A DNA stretch of 64,000 nucleotides, taken from the NCBI GenBank assembly GCA_003971905.1, contig RSEE01000004.1, positions 1,178,001 through 1,242,000 on the forward strand. The letters are read 5' to 3'. The notes under the pieces are model-generated. The model was not told where the DNA came from. It was given only the letters and a program-made list of their open reading frames with translations, and ran no database searches. Source of the DNA: Moniliella sp. 'wahieum' (taxonomy: Eukaryota). The position numbers were made by a program, and so were the translations under genes. This document shows, in pieces, positions 36,612-49,859 of this stretch; positions within the stretch are counted from its first letter, which is position 1, and the number at the start of each line of letters is the position of its first letter.

Positions 36612-39387
36612 ATGGTTCGTCTTGCCGCCGCCGCCCTTGTGGCCCTTGCCGCTGCGGGCGGCGCTGCTGCTGCTGTTGCAGCTCCGCCCGAGATGCGCCC
36701 ACCTGCCTTGTCTGCCCTGCGCATCCGCCATGGCGACGAGCCCCACGACGACATTCCTCCCCACGATCCCCTCCCACCCCCCGTCTTGCCGGGGAGCGAT
36801 GGCCATTCCCACTCGGAGCCTTTGCCTGATACAGAACCACCATTCAAGCACGAGCACGTGCAGGAGCACGAGCACGAGCAGAGCACGAGCACGAATCTGT
36901 CTTCCCTCCCTCACATCCAGACGAGCCGCCATACAGCCCGATCACCACCACAGCATTTCCATCCCGCATGCTGAGCCAGGGCAGCTGGTGCCCGTCCCTT
37001 GGATTCCAGGTGGTGGAGCAGGGACGCATCAGCACAAAGGAAACCATGCACCTGTGCTCGAACACCTCAACGAGACTAATCTTTTCCTTTCCTCGGGCCC
37101 GACGCCTCTGAGTTATATTGAATGGGACTACGGAAATGGAATGGGTAGCGATGCTGAAGTCGCGCGCTTCATTGATCCAGAGGCACTCACTCTCCCAGAT
37201 CGCCTAATGGGCGATGTCGATGGAATTTGGCGCACCCTGTTTGATACGCGCAAGATCTCCGCAACGGAGCGCAAACAGCTTGAACAGCAACTCGTCACCT
37301 TTGTCCCTGATGACGGGCACATTCGTCGTCACAGACGACTGATGGTAGCCCACATGTTGGCTGTGTCCTTGCAACGGTTGTCTTGTGTCCTATTGGTACG
37401 TCCTGTTTGTACCAATTTGGAAGCCCCGCTGACCCCTGGCCTTTATCTCGATCCCTTCATCTGTGAAGCGCTTGCATTGAAGGCTGGACACTCCTCGCTG
37501 GCTCCTTTAGCCTGCCTTATCTACCTTGCTACTTTGGGCGGTTCTATCCTTCTCGGGCAACTGTACAATGCTCTGACCCCACCCTTGTATCCATCTAATG
37601 CGCACGGCAAGATGGGACATATTCTGTTTTGGGTCTCGGTTGTGGCGTTGGGAAAAGATGTGTTCCATCTCGTGGTCCAGCTGTTCCATGCTTCAACGTC
37701 TGCATTAGGTTTCGGTCGCTCCTCCAACCCCGATACACGCGGTCTTTCAGTCCGGCGTCCACGCGCCCGTTGGTCGGAGGTTGTGCACATCGCTCTGGGT
37801 CAGGACCAGCCCTTTCAGCCCGAAAAGCAAGAAGCGCTCCTTGAGGAACAAGAACGAGCGCTTGAAGCACTCCCAGACGATATGGCGGTAGAGATGGGCT
37901 CGGAGCAGGCAGAGAACCTGCCTTCTCCAGTAGGCACATTGGTCAATGCGCCGCATCATACGGGGCCCGAGTGGCTGCCTTATTCCACCAAGGTACCCTT
38001 TTCCCACAGTGGCAGCAGCCGCAGCTCCTCTCCTCAAAGTGCCTCCTTCAGCCCATCCACTCCCGTACCGACGAATCATCACAACTTGCGCAACGAGCCA
38101 CCCAAGCCCACTCATCGCACCACCTCGCTCTGGCAGAAATTGCAAACCTTTATCCGTTATACCCATGTGGTGGTGAACCGCTCTTTGCCTATCTTTGGAT
38201 TTGCTTGTGGTTACACGGGTCTGGCCATCTACACCGGTACCTGTCGTGGCAACCGCGTCAACACTTGTGCAGCTCACGGGATCAAGGGCGCCATCTTCTT
38301 TTGGTATGGTCTACTGACGTGGGCACGCTACCTGGGCGTGTACGCCGAGTTTGGCTGGGCGTGGAATCGTAAGCCGACTCTGGGCTCGTCTCGGCGCGCT
38401 GGCATTAGCCGCTGGCGCCGCAATGTGGTAACGGGAGAGTTCATCGAGTGCATGGTCATCTTTGTCTATGGCATCACAAATACTTGGATGGAGCGGTTCG
38501 GGGCCAAGCCGGGCGATCCTTACTCGATTAAGCAAATCCAACACATCTCGATCGCGGTCATGTTCTGGTTTGGCGGATTGGTTGGCCTGTTTCTGGAGAC
38601 CCGCCGGCTGCGCGATCTGTTCAACTTTACAGGTGCGCTCAATCATCCTGCTGCCTACTCGCCTCGGAGCATGGCCAGCCGCACGACTGCTAATGGGCGT
38701 GCGCGCAGCGGCGCATACAGTCTGGAGGGGGTGCCCGCACGGGACGAAGCGGACGAAGTGGTCAACGTTCAGGCTCCACCGCCGTCGTATGCGTCTTCCT
38801 TCAACCCTTTCCCCGCTGTCATCATTGGTCTTACGGGGAGTGCGATGGCAGCCCACCACCAAGATTATGAGTATGAGGTGCAGATTCATGTCCTCTGGGG
38901 TAACGCTCTCGCCGGGTTTGGCGTGTTCCGTCTGTTGACATATATCTTCCTCTGGCTTCGCCCCCCGACCTCGATTCTCCCCTCGCGCCCTCCCACCGAG
39001 GCTCTGGCAGCATTTTGCCTTGCCGGCGGAGGCCTGGCATTCATGCTCTCCTCGGAGGAGGTTTCCTTTGCCGCCATGCGGGCAGGGTACGACGATGTGA
39101 TGGCAATCTTGTGCTTCCTTGTGGCCGTTGTCTGTTGTCTCTGCTTTTGTTTTACGGCGGCACTAGCTGCTCAAGGGCTGGGCGTTGCGCCGCGAGTTCC
39201 GTTTGGCCCGTCGTGGGACCGAGAATCTGTCGTCGCGAGATCTGATTGGGCTCCGCCGCTGCAGATGCCCCCATCGGACCCGGTGTTTGTGCTGGAGGAA
39301 GAAGCGGAAGAAGAGGACTCGCATCCTGGCCTCCACCCGTCTTCCTCCCCACGGCGGCGACTTCCGGCCTTCTCTAACCCCCTATAG
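36612..39387 (+). CDS. YTP1/DUF2427-like multi-pass membrane protein
   Basis: Signal peptide MVRLAAAALVALAAAG, His-rich region, LYPSNAHGKMG, CAAHGIKGAIFFWYGLLT, EFGWAWN, QHISIAVMFWFGG, MAAHHQ, HVLWG, SRPPTE, FMLSSEE. Confidence 0.82.
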
Positions 39388-39631
39388 TCTTTAGGTTTTG
39401 AGTTGCACTGCTCTGACCTTGGCTTCTTGCCGCTACGACCGCCTCACGCACCCCTTTTTAGCGTGCGCGGTGTCCCCTCCTCTCCCTTCTACCTCCCAGG
39501 TTCCGCTTTGGACCACTATGCCCCCTCCCCTTCCCCCTGTGTGTGCGGGCCGATACCATCCATCCCGGCGCTTGGTCACCCTCTTTTTTTCTCGTCGGTA
39601 TACCAGCCGTCTTATTGGCCCTTGGGCTAGT

Positions 39632-40830
39632 TTATGCCTGCCAGGTTGTTGCATTTTGCCTCGGAATTCCATGTCTGCTGTGGGCCGCTTCGCTCGACCC
39701 AGCCCCCAGTGAATATTGAATGCAGGCTTTGGCCAAGCAGTCGTTCGTCCAACGTGGCTGGCCTTGGGCTTTAGGGCGTAGTCGGCCAGAGGATGATGAC
39801 GCAATGACGGTCACTGATCGAAGCCATTCGGGTTTCCACAGAAAAAAATGCGACTTGCGAATTATCGATTCTCGATTATCCAGGGTCCTCTTTCGGTCTG
39901 CGAAGGGCAAGCGCGGGTGTATGGATGAGCTCGGGTGCCCGGTAGCCGGTAGGCCAGGATGCTCGGGATGAACGAGGAACGCTGCTTGCGAGAGCGCGGC
40001 GAGACTCAGGGGCCAGGCAGGATGAATACCCAAGAGGATACGGATGCTGTCGATGACGCATCGCGACGCGTCATTTGGGGATGCCATCCAAGTCAGCATG
40101 CGGTGGTTGTGTGAGTAGGGGTCCCCACTTGCGCACGCAAGGTCCTGCAACTCATACCGACCGAAACGTCGGCCAGGAGGCGTGCCAGCCAAGGGAGCCC
40201 AGTCCGGTCGAGTCTCGGTCGTGCTGTTGTTGCTCGCGCTCTTCCGAACCATCCTCCCGAAGTCGAAGAGATGATCAGAGCCACTGACGCCCTGAGCCTT
40301 TTCGAGGTGGGGTAGGCCAGACATTTCTTCGTCATGGGCTAGCTGATACATCGGGGTTGCCGGCCGCTAGCGTCCAATATTCGCTCTCGATTGCCCCATG
40401 CGTCTTTGGCGTTGTCGCAAGATGCTCGTCACCGCTCTCCATTTGCGGGTTTGCACGGTGCTGGCGGTTATTCGCCTCAAGAATGCCTTCCTCAAGCATG
40501 TCACTGTCGTCAGACAACCCTGCGTTAGGGGAGGGAGGGCTGCTCCGGCCGGTGTTGCGGGGGCTCAATCAAGCCGATAGAGGAGCGGCGCCGAATTGCG
40601 TCTCGAGCTTAGCGCACGAAGACCTGTCAATCCAGCGCGTCAGGGAGGAAAGACGTTGCAGGCCGAAGACGCAAAACGGCAGGAAAGAGACTTACGCGCA
40701 AGCGCTCAAGGGCCAAGTCAGGGTACACTTCCTTCACAACATGGGAGGCAACCTCGTGGGGAGCTACAAGCAAGTATGCCCCGCGCTCATCTGCTGATCA
40801 ATGTAGCCCACGATATACTGTTCGACATGT
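39632..40830 (-). CDS. Hypothetical protein (fragmented)
   Basis: Consecutive minus-strand ORF pieces (40332-40568, 39632-40351) and a GTAAGT donor near 40694; no family recognised. Confidence 0.35.
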
Positions 40831-40899
40831 TTCCGACTCAAACCATTCCAAGGCGCTCATAACCCTATGAACGTCCTATCCACATGGACGGAGCCAGCT

Positions 40900-40919
40900 C
40901 GAGAGAGAGAGAGAGAGAG
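40900..40919. repeat. (GA)n microsatellite
   Basis: GAGAGA run in the divergent promoter upstream of pyruvate kinase. Confidence 0.8.
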
Positions 40920-41236
40920 GCGCCGTGCGGGGGGGGTTAGTACAGCCCCAGGCGTGGGATGCGGAGCGTGCCTCAGCGTTCGAGGCAGGCAGATAAGCGC
41001 GCACTGTCCCTGCGCCGCCATGGCCCGTGCGGAGGCCTTGGACCATAGGTGCGTCGGTTGGGCACTGTTTGGGCGCCATCCGAGCGCGTTGTCAGCTCCA
41101 GACACAAAACATGCGTCGTTTGTCCGCCGCTCGAACTCACTCTTATCCCCACCTGCGCCCTGCCTGCCTCTTCCAGCGTCTCGGCCACCCCCCACCGCCA
41201 CCCCACCAACTGCTTCTCCTTGTCCCCGTGCCCACC

Positions 41237-42886
41237 ATGGCTCTCGCTCGCAACGCGCGTATGACCCAGATCGAATGGCTGGCCGGTCTCAACCCGCTTG
41301 GCTTTGGCGACACCGCCTCCAACCCCTACAAGCGCAAGACCTCCATTGTCTGTACCATTGGCCCCAAGAGCAACAATGTACCGACACTCAAGGCGCTGCG
41401 CGACGCGGGCATGAACGTGGTGCGGCTCAATGCGTCGCATGGGTCGCATGAGTACTTCCAGTCTGTCATTGACAATGCTCGCGAGGTCGAGGCGCAGTAT
41501 CCGGGACGGCCCCTGGCCATTGCACTTGACACCAAGGGCCCGGAGATGCGCACTGGAATGATGGTCAATGGAGCGGATGCCCCCATTCCTGCTGGGCATG
41601 TGTTTTACGTCACAACCGACGATGCCTATGCCGAAAAGTCCAGCCCCGAGTATCTCTACATTGATTACAAGAATCTTCCCAAGATGATCGGTGGGTAAGA
41701 AGATCTTTATTGATGACGGCATTTTGGCGCTGGAAGTGCTCTCAATCGACACGCCTACGATGGTCAAGGTGCGTTCGATCAATGCCGGGGTGCTCAGCAA
41801 CAAGAAGGGGGTCAACCTCCCCATGACGGAAATTGATCTTCCGGCCCTATCAAGCAAAGACGAGGCGGACATTCGCTTTGCCGTCGCCCAGGACTTGGAC
41901 TATGTCTTTGCCTCCTTCATCCGTACTCCAGAGGATGTGCAACACATCCGCAAGGTCCTCGTGTGATGATGGTGCCCATATTCAAATCATCTCCAAGATC
42001 GAGTCCCACCGGTGTGATGAACTTTTCCGACATCCTCAAGGAAACCGATGGTATCATGGTTGCCCGTGGCGACCTTGGTATCGAAATTCCTGCGGAAGCT
42101 GTGGCGGTGAGCCAGGTATGTCCCCTCCTCGCCGTTTAAGTTGGATATGCCCAGGCGCTCTTTCTGACTCTCCATTAGAAAATGATGATTGCACAGTGCA
42201 ACCTGGAGGGCAAACCCGTCATCTGTGCCACCCAAATGTTGGAGTCGATGATTCAGAACAACCGTCCCACGCGTGCGGAAGTTTCGGACGTGTTCAATGC
42301 GGTCCTCGACGGGGCGGATTGCGTGATGCTGTCGGGTGAGACGGCCAAGGGTCTCTATCCCGTGGAAGCGGTGACGACGATGGCTCAAACCTCGCGTCTG
42401 GCCGAGTCGGCGATTGCGTATCCTGCGTTGTTCAACGAAATGAGGCAGGTAGTCCAGACGCCCACCCACACGGAAGAGACGGTAGCCATGGCGGCTGTGG
42501 CCGCGTCACTGGAGCAAGGTGCGGGGGCGATCCTTCTCATGTCCACCTCGGGCAACACTGCGCGCCTGGTGGCCAAGTACCGCCCCAAGTGCCCTGTGCT
42601 GGTCATTACACGCAACCAGCAGACTATGCGCGTGTGCCATCTGTACCGTGGATGTTATCCTTTCCTCTACGACCACCCGCGCCCGGCGGCTGGAAAGTGG
42701 CAACAAGACGTGGACAATCGCATTAAATTTGGCTTCTCGGAGGCCCTCCAGCTGGGTATCCTCAAGCCTGGCGCGACCATTGTGGCACTGCAGGGTTGGC
42801 GTGCGGGCAAGGGTGCCACCAACTCGATGCGCATTCTCTCGGTGCCCACCCACGAATCGGGGCTGGAGCTGGAAGCAGCACACTAA
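41237..42886 (+). CDS. PYK1: Pyruvate kinase
   Basis: [88 protein letters not shown]; intron about 42116-42178. Confidence 0.97.
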
Positions 42887-43127
42887 TTAACAAATTAACG
42901 TATGAAGTTTCTTCTCTACTGCTCTCACTATAACCATCGACGTCTTCCTGATTCGTGCCCCCTCCTCCCCTCTCCTAGTACCTGTGGCCTCAATTATACA
43001 TTCTCCTGCTTTTGGTGGGCTTTGTATGAATGTTTCCATAGACTGATGTCGACCAGGAGGCGTGAAAAAGACCTCCATCGATGTGGCCCATATACGTATT
43101 TTGTACCATAAATATACTGAAGACAAC

Positions 43128-43815
43128 CTCAAGTGCAATGGCACCCAGGCCTCTACAGATGGAGAGTACGACGGCGCGGTGAAATTTGTTCTGTTGTGTC
43201 CAACGGAATCGCCAAACCGCAGACTCTGACCCTGCGGAGCGCATCTGTTCCTATCGACGGACTCTCCCATTCGTTTTCCCCCCAAAGCAACAGTGAATGA
43301 GTATGAGCGTCAAGTATTCCTTTTGCTTGAACCGCAGGGGACAAACGGTGGACCCGCGTTTCAAGGGATCAGTATGTGTGTCCGTATCCCCTGTCGAATG
43401 GCCCCTCTCAGCGAGGAGAGTGTCCGGAGAACTAATCAATGCGTTATTGTCCAATCGGTTGTAGCGTTGTAGTCCAATGTCGGTTGTCGTCAGCGGGCGT
43501 TTCCGACGACCCATCGACCACTCCCACACGCTGAAATTTCACACTCGGCAAGGTCAAGTGGAGGTCCGCCTGAAGGCGGAATGGACTATTTGCCAATTTT
43601 TCCATCTTAAGCCAACACGCGCTCCATGGCGGCCCGCCTCGTGCCACCAACTTCACCGCCCCTACAATCGTCTTGGGCCTTGCACTAACCAGGACGTGCT
43701 ATGTGCCGTATTTGCTGAGGTATGTGACTTTTTCACATGCGTGTCTCTAGGCACAAGGAGCATAAGGATGTCCAAATTTTTACCTACGTTCACCTAGGCC
43801 TTGCGCCGTTGAGGA
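43128..43815 (+). ncRNA. Candidate ~0.7 kb structured ncRNA or structured 3' extension downstream of PYK1
   Basis: Helices 43132-38/43680-86, 43161-67/43261-67, 43217-22/43232-37, 43456-64/43662-70, 43470-76/43582-88, 43565-70/43575-80, 43702-07/43750-55, 43720-27/43733-40. Confidence 0.38.
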
Positions 43816-44373
43816 CTCCTTTTTCGTTCTTGTTTCCCTGAATTCTCCTTGTGTCTTGGGATCCTTGCTCCTGACGTTGTTGACACAACATGAATCCTGA
43901 CATGACCTTTTGGTGCATCCAGGACCTACTTGAGCATACGCCTGGTACGAACAGCTCATCGCATGGTCTCTGAAGTAAGTTTCTTTCCCGCTCTCTGACT
44001 CCTGCCAATGCACGTTTTCCCGTCGAATCCTCGTCAATGCTTCTCTCATAGTCTGGCTCTCAGCAACTTGTCCCAACTGGACGTTAGGCCAGCGGGCTAG
44101 TGATGCTTATGGTGGACAGTGGTTTGCTTGCTCTTATGTTGGCTCCAAAGTGCTGGTAGTCTGTGCGGACGCCTGCAGCGGAATCTGGACGTGGTGCGGC
44201 CTAGTCTACTGCACAATATAGGGTTGGGCGGGTGGGGCGCAGGGAGGAGAATCAGTGATCACCGATCAATCACGAGCCTCAGTCGCTCATTCACTCCTGG
44301 TGAGGCCGTGCGGCCGGCGGCTGGCAGCGGCTGGCGGACGACAACCAACTCGGCGGGACCAGAGCTGGCGGCG

Positions 44374-46184
44374 ATGTGTCCACACGCCTGGCCCAAGTGG
44401 CTTCTGCTCCTTTCTCTCGCGCTGGTCGGCGCAGCTGCGTCTCATGTTCGCCTTGATCTGGGCAACGAGGCGCATCGCAAGAGCGTGGCGTGCAGCGGCG
44501 TGCGGGCCGGCCGCGACACGCACATCCTCTGTATGTTGTTTGGGCGCAGCCATTCTTGCTTCTTGGGACTGACACGTCGCAGTGACCGCCGAGGGCTCGC
44601 CTGCAACGCCCGTGTCCACCGTGTTCTACGAGTGGAAGGACTTCCCATATCTTGGGGTTGACGCGCACGCCAACACGCAGTATGGGTACCAGACCAAGAC
44701 ATATGTCTGCACGAGCCAGACTGTTGATGCGCATCTCTGCTCGGCGGACAAGATGGGGATGTGGTTTGGTGACCCCCAGGGAGTGGACACAAGTAGAACA
44801 ATCGTACTTGACATTTTCTGCGAACAGCCCATCCGAAACGTGCGATACGATGTCAAGAAACGGGGTACTATTGCGCCGCAGCGGTGCAGCTGCTCAACAC
44901 CTCTGCCCTCCCCCTGGGGTGTCCCACTCGAATGCGGTCGTGGAGGTTCAATTTGTTCACAAGTTCAAGGGCGACCTACCTGCATCGGAGCATCCCAGGC
45001 TCACGTTGGCGATGGCCTTGACGATCGTGTACATTGTGCTCGGCTTGGGCTGGGGCGTCTTGTGCTACGTCAGCAGACAAAACATTTTGCCCACCCAGTA
45101 CTTTATTCTTGCTGCCTTCGCGCTGGTCTTGATCGAATCAGCGTCCCAGTGGATCAAGTATGGGTACATGAGCAAGCATGCGGTCGACTATTCTGTCATG
45201 CGTGCCTGGAACGGGAACCGGTTCGTGACTGGCTTCCTTCGCTTCTCCCTCGTGTGGTCTAGCTTACTCTCGGCCGCACGAGATACTGGGTGCTTGGTGC
45301 TACTTCTCTTACTTGCGTAAGTGCATTGCTTTTTGTGTATTGCCTGTTGCGAATAGGGAGCACTAACTCTACATCCAGGAAAGGGCTTGGGGTGTTCCGC
45401 CACGCATTAGGCCTTTCACTCCCCATCCTCGTCGTGGCCCTGTGCAACTTTGTTCTGGAGACGCTATACTTCTCCAGGAGGCCATGGAGCTCGACAGGAG
45501 CGGGCTTTGGAACCACAGTGATAGCACTGTTCTTGGCTTTGACTCTAACGGTGCTTTATGCCCAGATCTTGGCATCTCTCAACCGAATGACAAGGCTACT
45601 CATCGCTCGCCGCCAACCTTACAAGGCCAATCTTTTCCTGGCCCAGCGTAGGCTTACGGTCGGCTTCTCTTACATCATGGTACGTTTTACCCCTTGCTCC
45701 CGGACCTCTGTTGGGAACCACAGCACTGACAACAATGCAGACTGGGTGGTTCTTCCTTGCCTTCTTCGTTTTCGCCAAACGCAGCACGGAGGATGAACCG
45801 CGGGTATGGAAATCGCGGTGGTTCATCTGGGGCGGATGGTTGGACTTGACGATCCTCTTTATGCTCATCGCCACTGCGTTTCTCTGGCGTCCCAGTGCAC
45901 ACAACCTCCGCCTCGCTGGCTCCGACGAGGTGGCACCGGACGATTATGCGGAGGAGGAGGACTTTGAACTGGATGATGGGGATCAGAGGACGTCGGCAGG
46001 CCATGTGTCCGGATACGCCCCTCCCGTGGTGAGCTCGAACAGCGATGTCCTCTTTGCTATTGGCGGGGAGGAAGACGATGAAGATGCGCGGCATGCGGCC
46101 CGGGAACGCAGTCGCCAAGTCGAAGGCGCACCACCTGGGAGCGAAGAGCGCCGGGCGCTGATCGGTTCCGAAGATGCCGAGTAG
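44374..46184 (+). CDS. PTM1/GPR107-like (lung seven-TM, GOST family) membrane protein
   Basis: Signal peptide, CSG.., VFYEWKDFPYLG, YVCT...C, FKGDLPASEHPRL, ILPTQY, multiple TMs, WKSRWFIWGGWLD, FLWRPSAHN, acidic tail. Confidence 0.82.
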
Positions 46185-46294
46185 GCACACTCCTACGCGC
46201 TAGCCCCATTCATCCCTGCGTCGCGTGTCACATGGCCGAAGTTGATGGTTGTAGTGGTACATTGTAGAGCCTGGTATCTCGAGGTGAGAGTGTT

Positions 46295-47417
46295 TTATTT
46301 GGGGAGGGAAAGTTTGGTCAGTCGGGCAAGTAGGCCCCCCAATTGGACTTGAGTTGCAACCCCCTCTAGGATGCGCATGTGGGTGAGACCAATCTCACGA
46401 ATGTAATCTAACTTGACTGGGTCCGACAGGGAGCCATCGTCTTGGACACACGAAACAGAGTGGTGATGATGTCAAGTGCGCTGTAGCCTTGCCCAGACCC
46501 CGTCCAAAATCTCAACTGCCAAGTCCAGCTGGCTGTCGCGACAAGCTTGCAGGATCTGGTTGGCCACCTGGGGATGAGGTTGGTCCACTACCTTGAACAC
46601 AGTTTCTTGGGATACAATGCCAAAGCCAGCCCAGGTGGATTGGAGATTGTTAACCGCCTGCCGCATATCTCCATCAGCGGTAAAGATGAGCGCACCAAGA
46701 CCTTCATTGGTGAACTTGACCTGACGTCCACGTTAGTTTGAACGGATCAAGGTGAAGAAGGAGAGAAAGACATACATTTTCCGCCTGAACGATTTCTGTT
46801 AACCGGTCAAGCACATCTTGGTCAGAAAGCTTGGTGAAACGCAAGATGGCGCAACGGGATTGGATGGGATCAATAATCTTGTTGCTCTGGTTGCAGGCGA
46901 AGCAGAAGCGGGTGGTGCCAGAGTACAACTCCATCGTGCGCCGCAGCGCCTGCTGGGCGCCAGCCGTCATGTTATCCGCTTCATCCAGAATCACAATCTT
47001 GTGTTGTCCGGGAGGCAAGGTAATCGCCTTGCTGGCGAAGCTCTTGATCTTGGAGCGCACCACGTCAATGCCACGTTCATCGCTGGCATTGAGCTCAAGT
47101 ACCGCATTCTTGTACTGGTCACCTAACAGCGCACGAGCGAGGCAGAGGACGGAAGTTGTTTTTCCGATTCCGGGGAGACCAGAGAGCATCATGTGAGGCA
47201 CATTTCCGTCTTTTTGAATAGCCTTAAGCCGCTCTAGCGCCGCCCTATTGCCCACTATGTCGTCAAGGACGGGGACGGTATTTTTCGACCCAGGGGAGCT
47301 CAAGCCCGACCTTGGCGGCGGACGCAGAGCCAGATTGTCCGCTACCGCTGGGTGGTGGGCTGCATACTCCTCGGCTGGGTGCATCTGAGTATCGGAGACG
47401 CCGGTCACGGCGGACAT
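46295..47417 (-). CDS. RFC4: Replication factor C subunit 4
   Basis: [75 protein letters not shown]. Confidence 0.93.
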
Positions 47418-48744
47418 CGGCGGGCAAAGGCGCAGGTGGCGTCAGGTGGTGATGGTGGCCGAATGACATTGCCCGACAACAGCGCGCCCAACTTTCAGCC
47501 AATGCGTTGTTCCCCACTATCACGCACAGAATCACGCGACGCGACGCGTCTTCGAGCTTCAAGCTTCAAGCTGCTGACCACTCCGCTACTCAGTCAGTCT
47601 GACTACTCAGGGGGGCAGTTGGCCTTCACAATTTCAATATGGCCTGGTTGAGATTGAGGTCAACCATCATATGGAGCTGCTCCTTGCTCTGTGAGGTCTT
47701 CTGGAAAAGCAGAGGCGTTTGGGATCATTGGTTGGAGGTACTAAACACTCTTGCTGCATTGCGTACAACTTGCTGAGCAAAGCCGTCTTTTGAAAGAGGG
47801 TGGGGGTTGGATACGGTCATAGAGCCATGGCAGCATTACAGCGAGCTTGGTATATGTATAGGCGGGCCACACAACTGATGCACAGTGTCGGCGGATTGTC
47901 AAAATGGTGAGGGCCCGAGACCAAAAGACATTGCGATCCTGCCAGAAAAAACGTATCCATGAGGTGTGGTCTGGTGTGGCCCAGGCGGAGCGGTGACTTG
48001 AGGCTTGAAAGCAGGGCCAAAGCTTGCTGGGGCCTTCCGGGATAGTTGGTGATTTGCCTGTAGAACCAACCTTTCCATACAGAGTGAACCTGTACGGCGA
48101 CTCGAGTCCATCAGTCATGTATCACTCCCATGACAGTTAGAATGCCTGGAAATGCTACTGAGACTCAATAAGTATGATCCCTTGGTTGGTAAGAAGTGCT
48201 ATATCTATGCACTCGAAAACTCGTGCAGCGCGGTGATTGTGCAGCGACCAAAGCCAAGTCCGTTGTAGTGCTGATGCGCTGATGGCCAACAGCTACTTGC
48301 ATCTGTGGCACACCAGTACTGATGCGCCACACATAAAAGGATTATACAGTGCTTACTCTGTACTCAGGGGGGGGCAATATGTTCCGGGACTTGTCGAATA
48401 ACACCGTATCCACAGTTTATCTTTTCCTCTCTCCTCGTATACTGCGCTCGGTGTCTATCTACCTCGGGCAATCACAACCTGCTCCTATCCTTGTATATCT
48501 TTCTCAATGTGCGGTCATCGAGATCATCGAACGGTCATCAGCGACCGAGCCCGAGAGCAGGGCCAACTCAGACTCGGTGTTCCTAGGCACGCGTGAACAC
48601 CAAGGGGATATGCCCAGAGGTGGGATGCCCAGACGAGAGCCAAGGACAAAATACTGGGCAATGGGATTCGGTTTCGTACATTGGTAGACGAGCGCGCGAG
48701 GTGCATGTTTGAACACGTGTCCTATCTTGTCTTACCCAAGAAGA

Positions 48745-49626
48745 TCAAACACGACGGCCCCCCGGATAGGTAGCCTTGCGCCCAATATCAAACGGCACGT
48801 ACTTGTACTTGATCATGTGCTGAATCTGGCGGCGCATGGTCAGAACGAAGAGGGTAATGAAGTAAAACACCAAGATCGGCCAGAAGACGGGATGTCGAAC
48901 ATGGCGAAGAAGGTGCAGAAGAGCGAGATGAGGATGGCCTTGGTTGCTGATAGCCAAAACTGGATCTCCATGTCAGTTGTCTCTTTTCAGGCAAAAGGCA
49001 AGGAACGAGAGATACATACGGAAAACTCAGGCAGCCGCCGGACAAACGGACGGAACTCGTCCTCGGCCTGTGGGGGACCAAAAATGCCACTCATCAGCCC
49101 ACCAGATGGCGGGGGGGGGGCCTCAGGAGCAGCGGGCTCACCCGCCTCGATGTTGTCGACCTCCATGTCGTCATCAAAGGAGGGATCAAACTTGGGAGTG
49201 AGGAACGCGAGGAAGAGGTTGAGCAGGTAGATGAAGAGGGCGTAGCACACAATGTACCATCCCTCGGCGATGAGGATGCGTAGCATAAACACGACCAAGG
49301 CGCCAGCCGTGAAGCCCCAGCGCTGGGCGGGGAATGGGGTGGAGCGGTCGAGGACAAGCTGGTAGCGTTGCTGGAGGAGATGCGCGAGGGCCTGGCCCTT
49401 CTGAAGCGCGGGGGGGAGGGAGCTGTCGCCAGGGGGCGGGCGCGGGAGCAGAGAAGCCGCTGGCAACGAAGCCGCCGCTGCTGGGGCCAAAGCTGGAGCC
49501 GAGGGTGGGCATGTGGGGCTGAGGCGGGGCGTGGGGCTGGGCGGCAGGCGGTGGGGCATAGAAGCCGCTGCTGGCGTCTCCGCCGCCCATGGGCGGGTAA
49601 GCACCTGGATCCTCGGCGCGCATCAT
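48745..49626 (-). CDS. RER1: Rer1 Golgi-ER retrieval receptor
   Basis: [74 protein letters not shown]. Confidence 0.95.
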
Positions 49627-49859
49627 CCTCAACGTCGGCGGGGTGTGGTGTGGCTGGAGGTGGAGTCGGGCAAAGATTCTGGCTGGCTGGGCCTCCAGCG
49701 TGCGCCGCGGGGGCTGGCTGCTTATGTCAGCGACTGCGCGGCTCCACGCGCCACGTCGGATGTGCTGCAAGTTTGAAAAGTGCACGTGCGTCACGTGGCG
49801 CTCCCGAGACCAGCCCGGGCCTTCCCGGGCGAAGATGGGGCATGCATTGTTCAAGGGCG

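Noticed and set aside
47700..48300. Short minus-strand ORFs between RFC4 and RER1
   Set aside because: No recognisable homology or gene structure.
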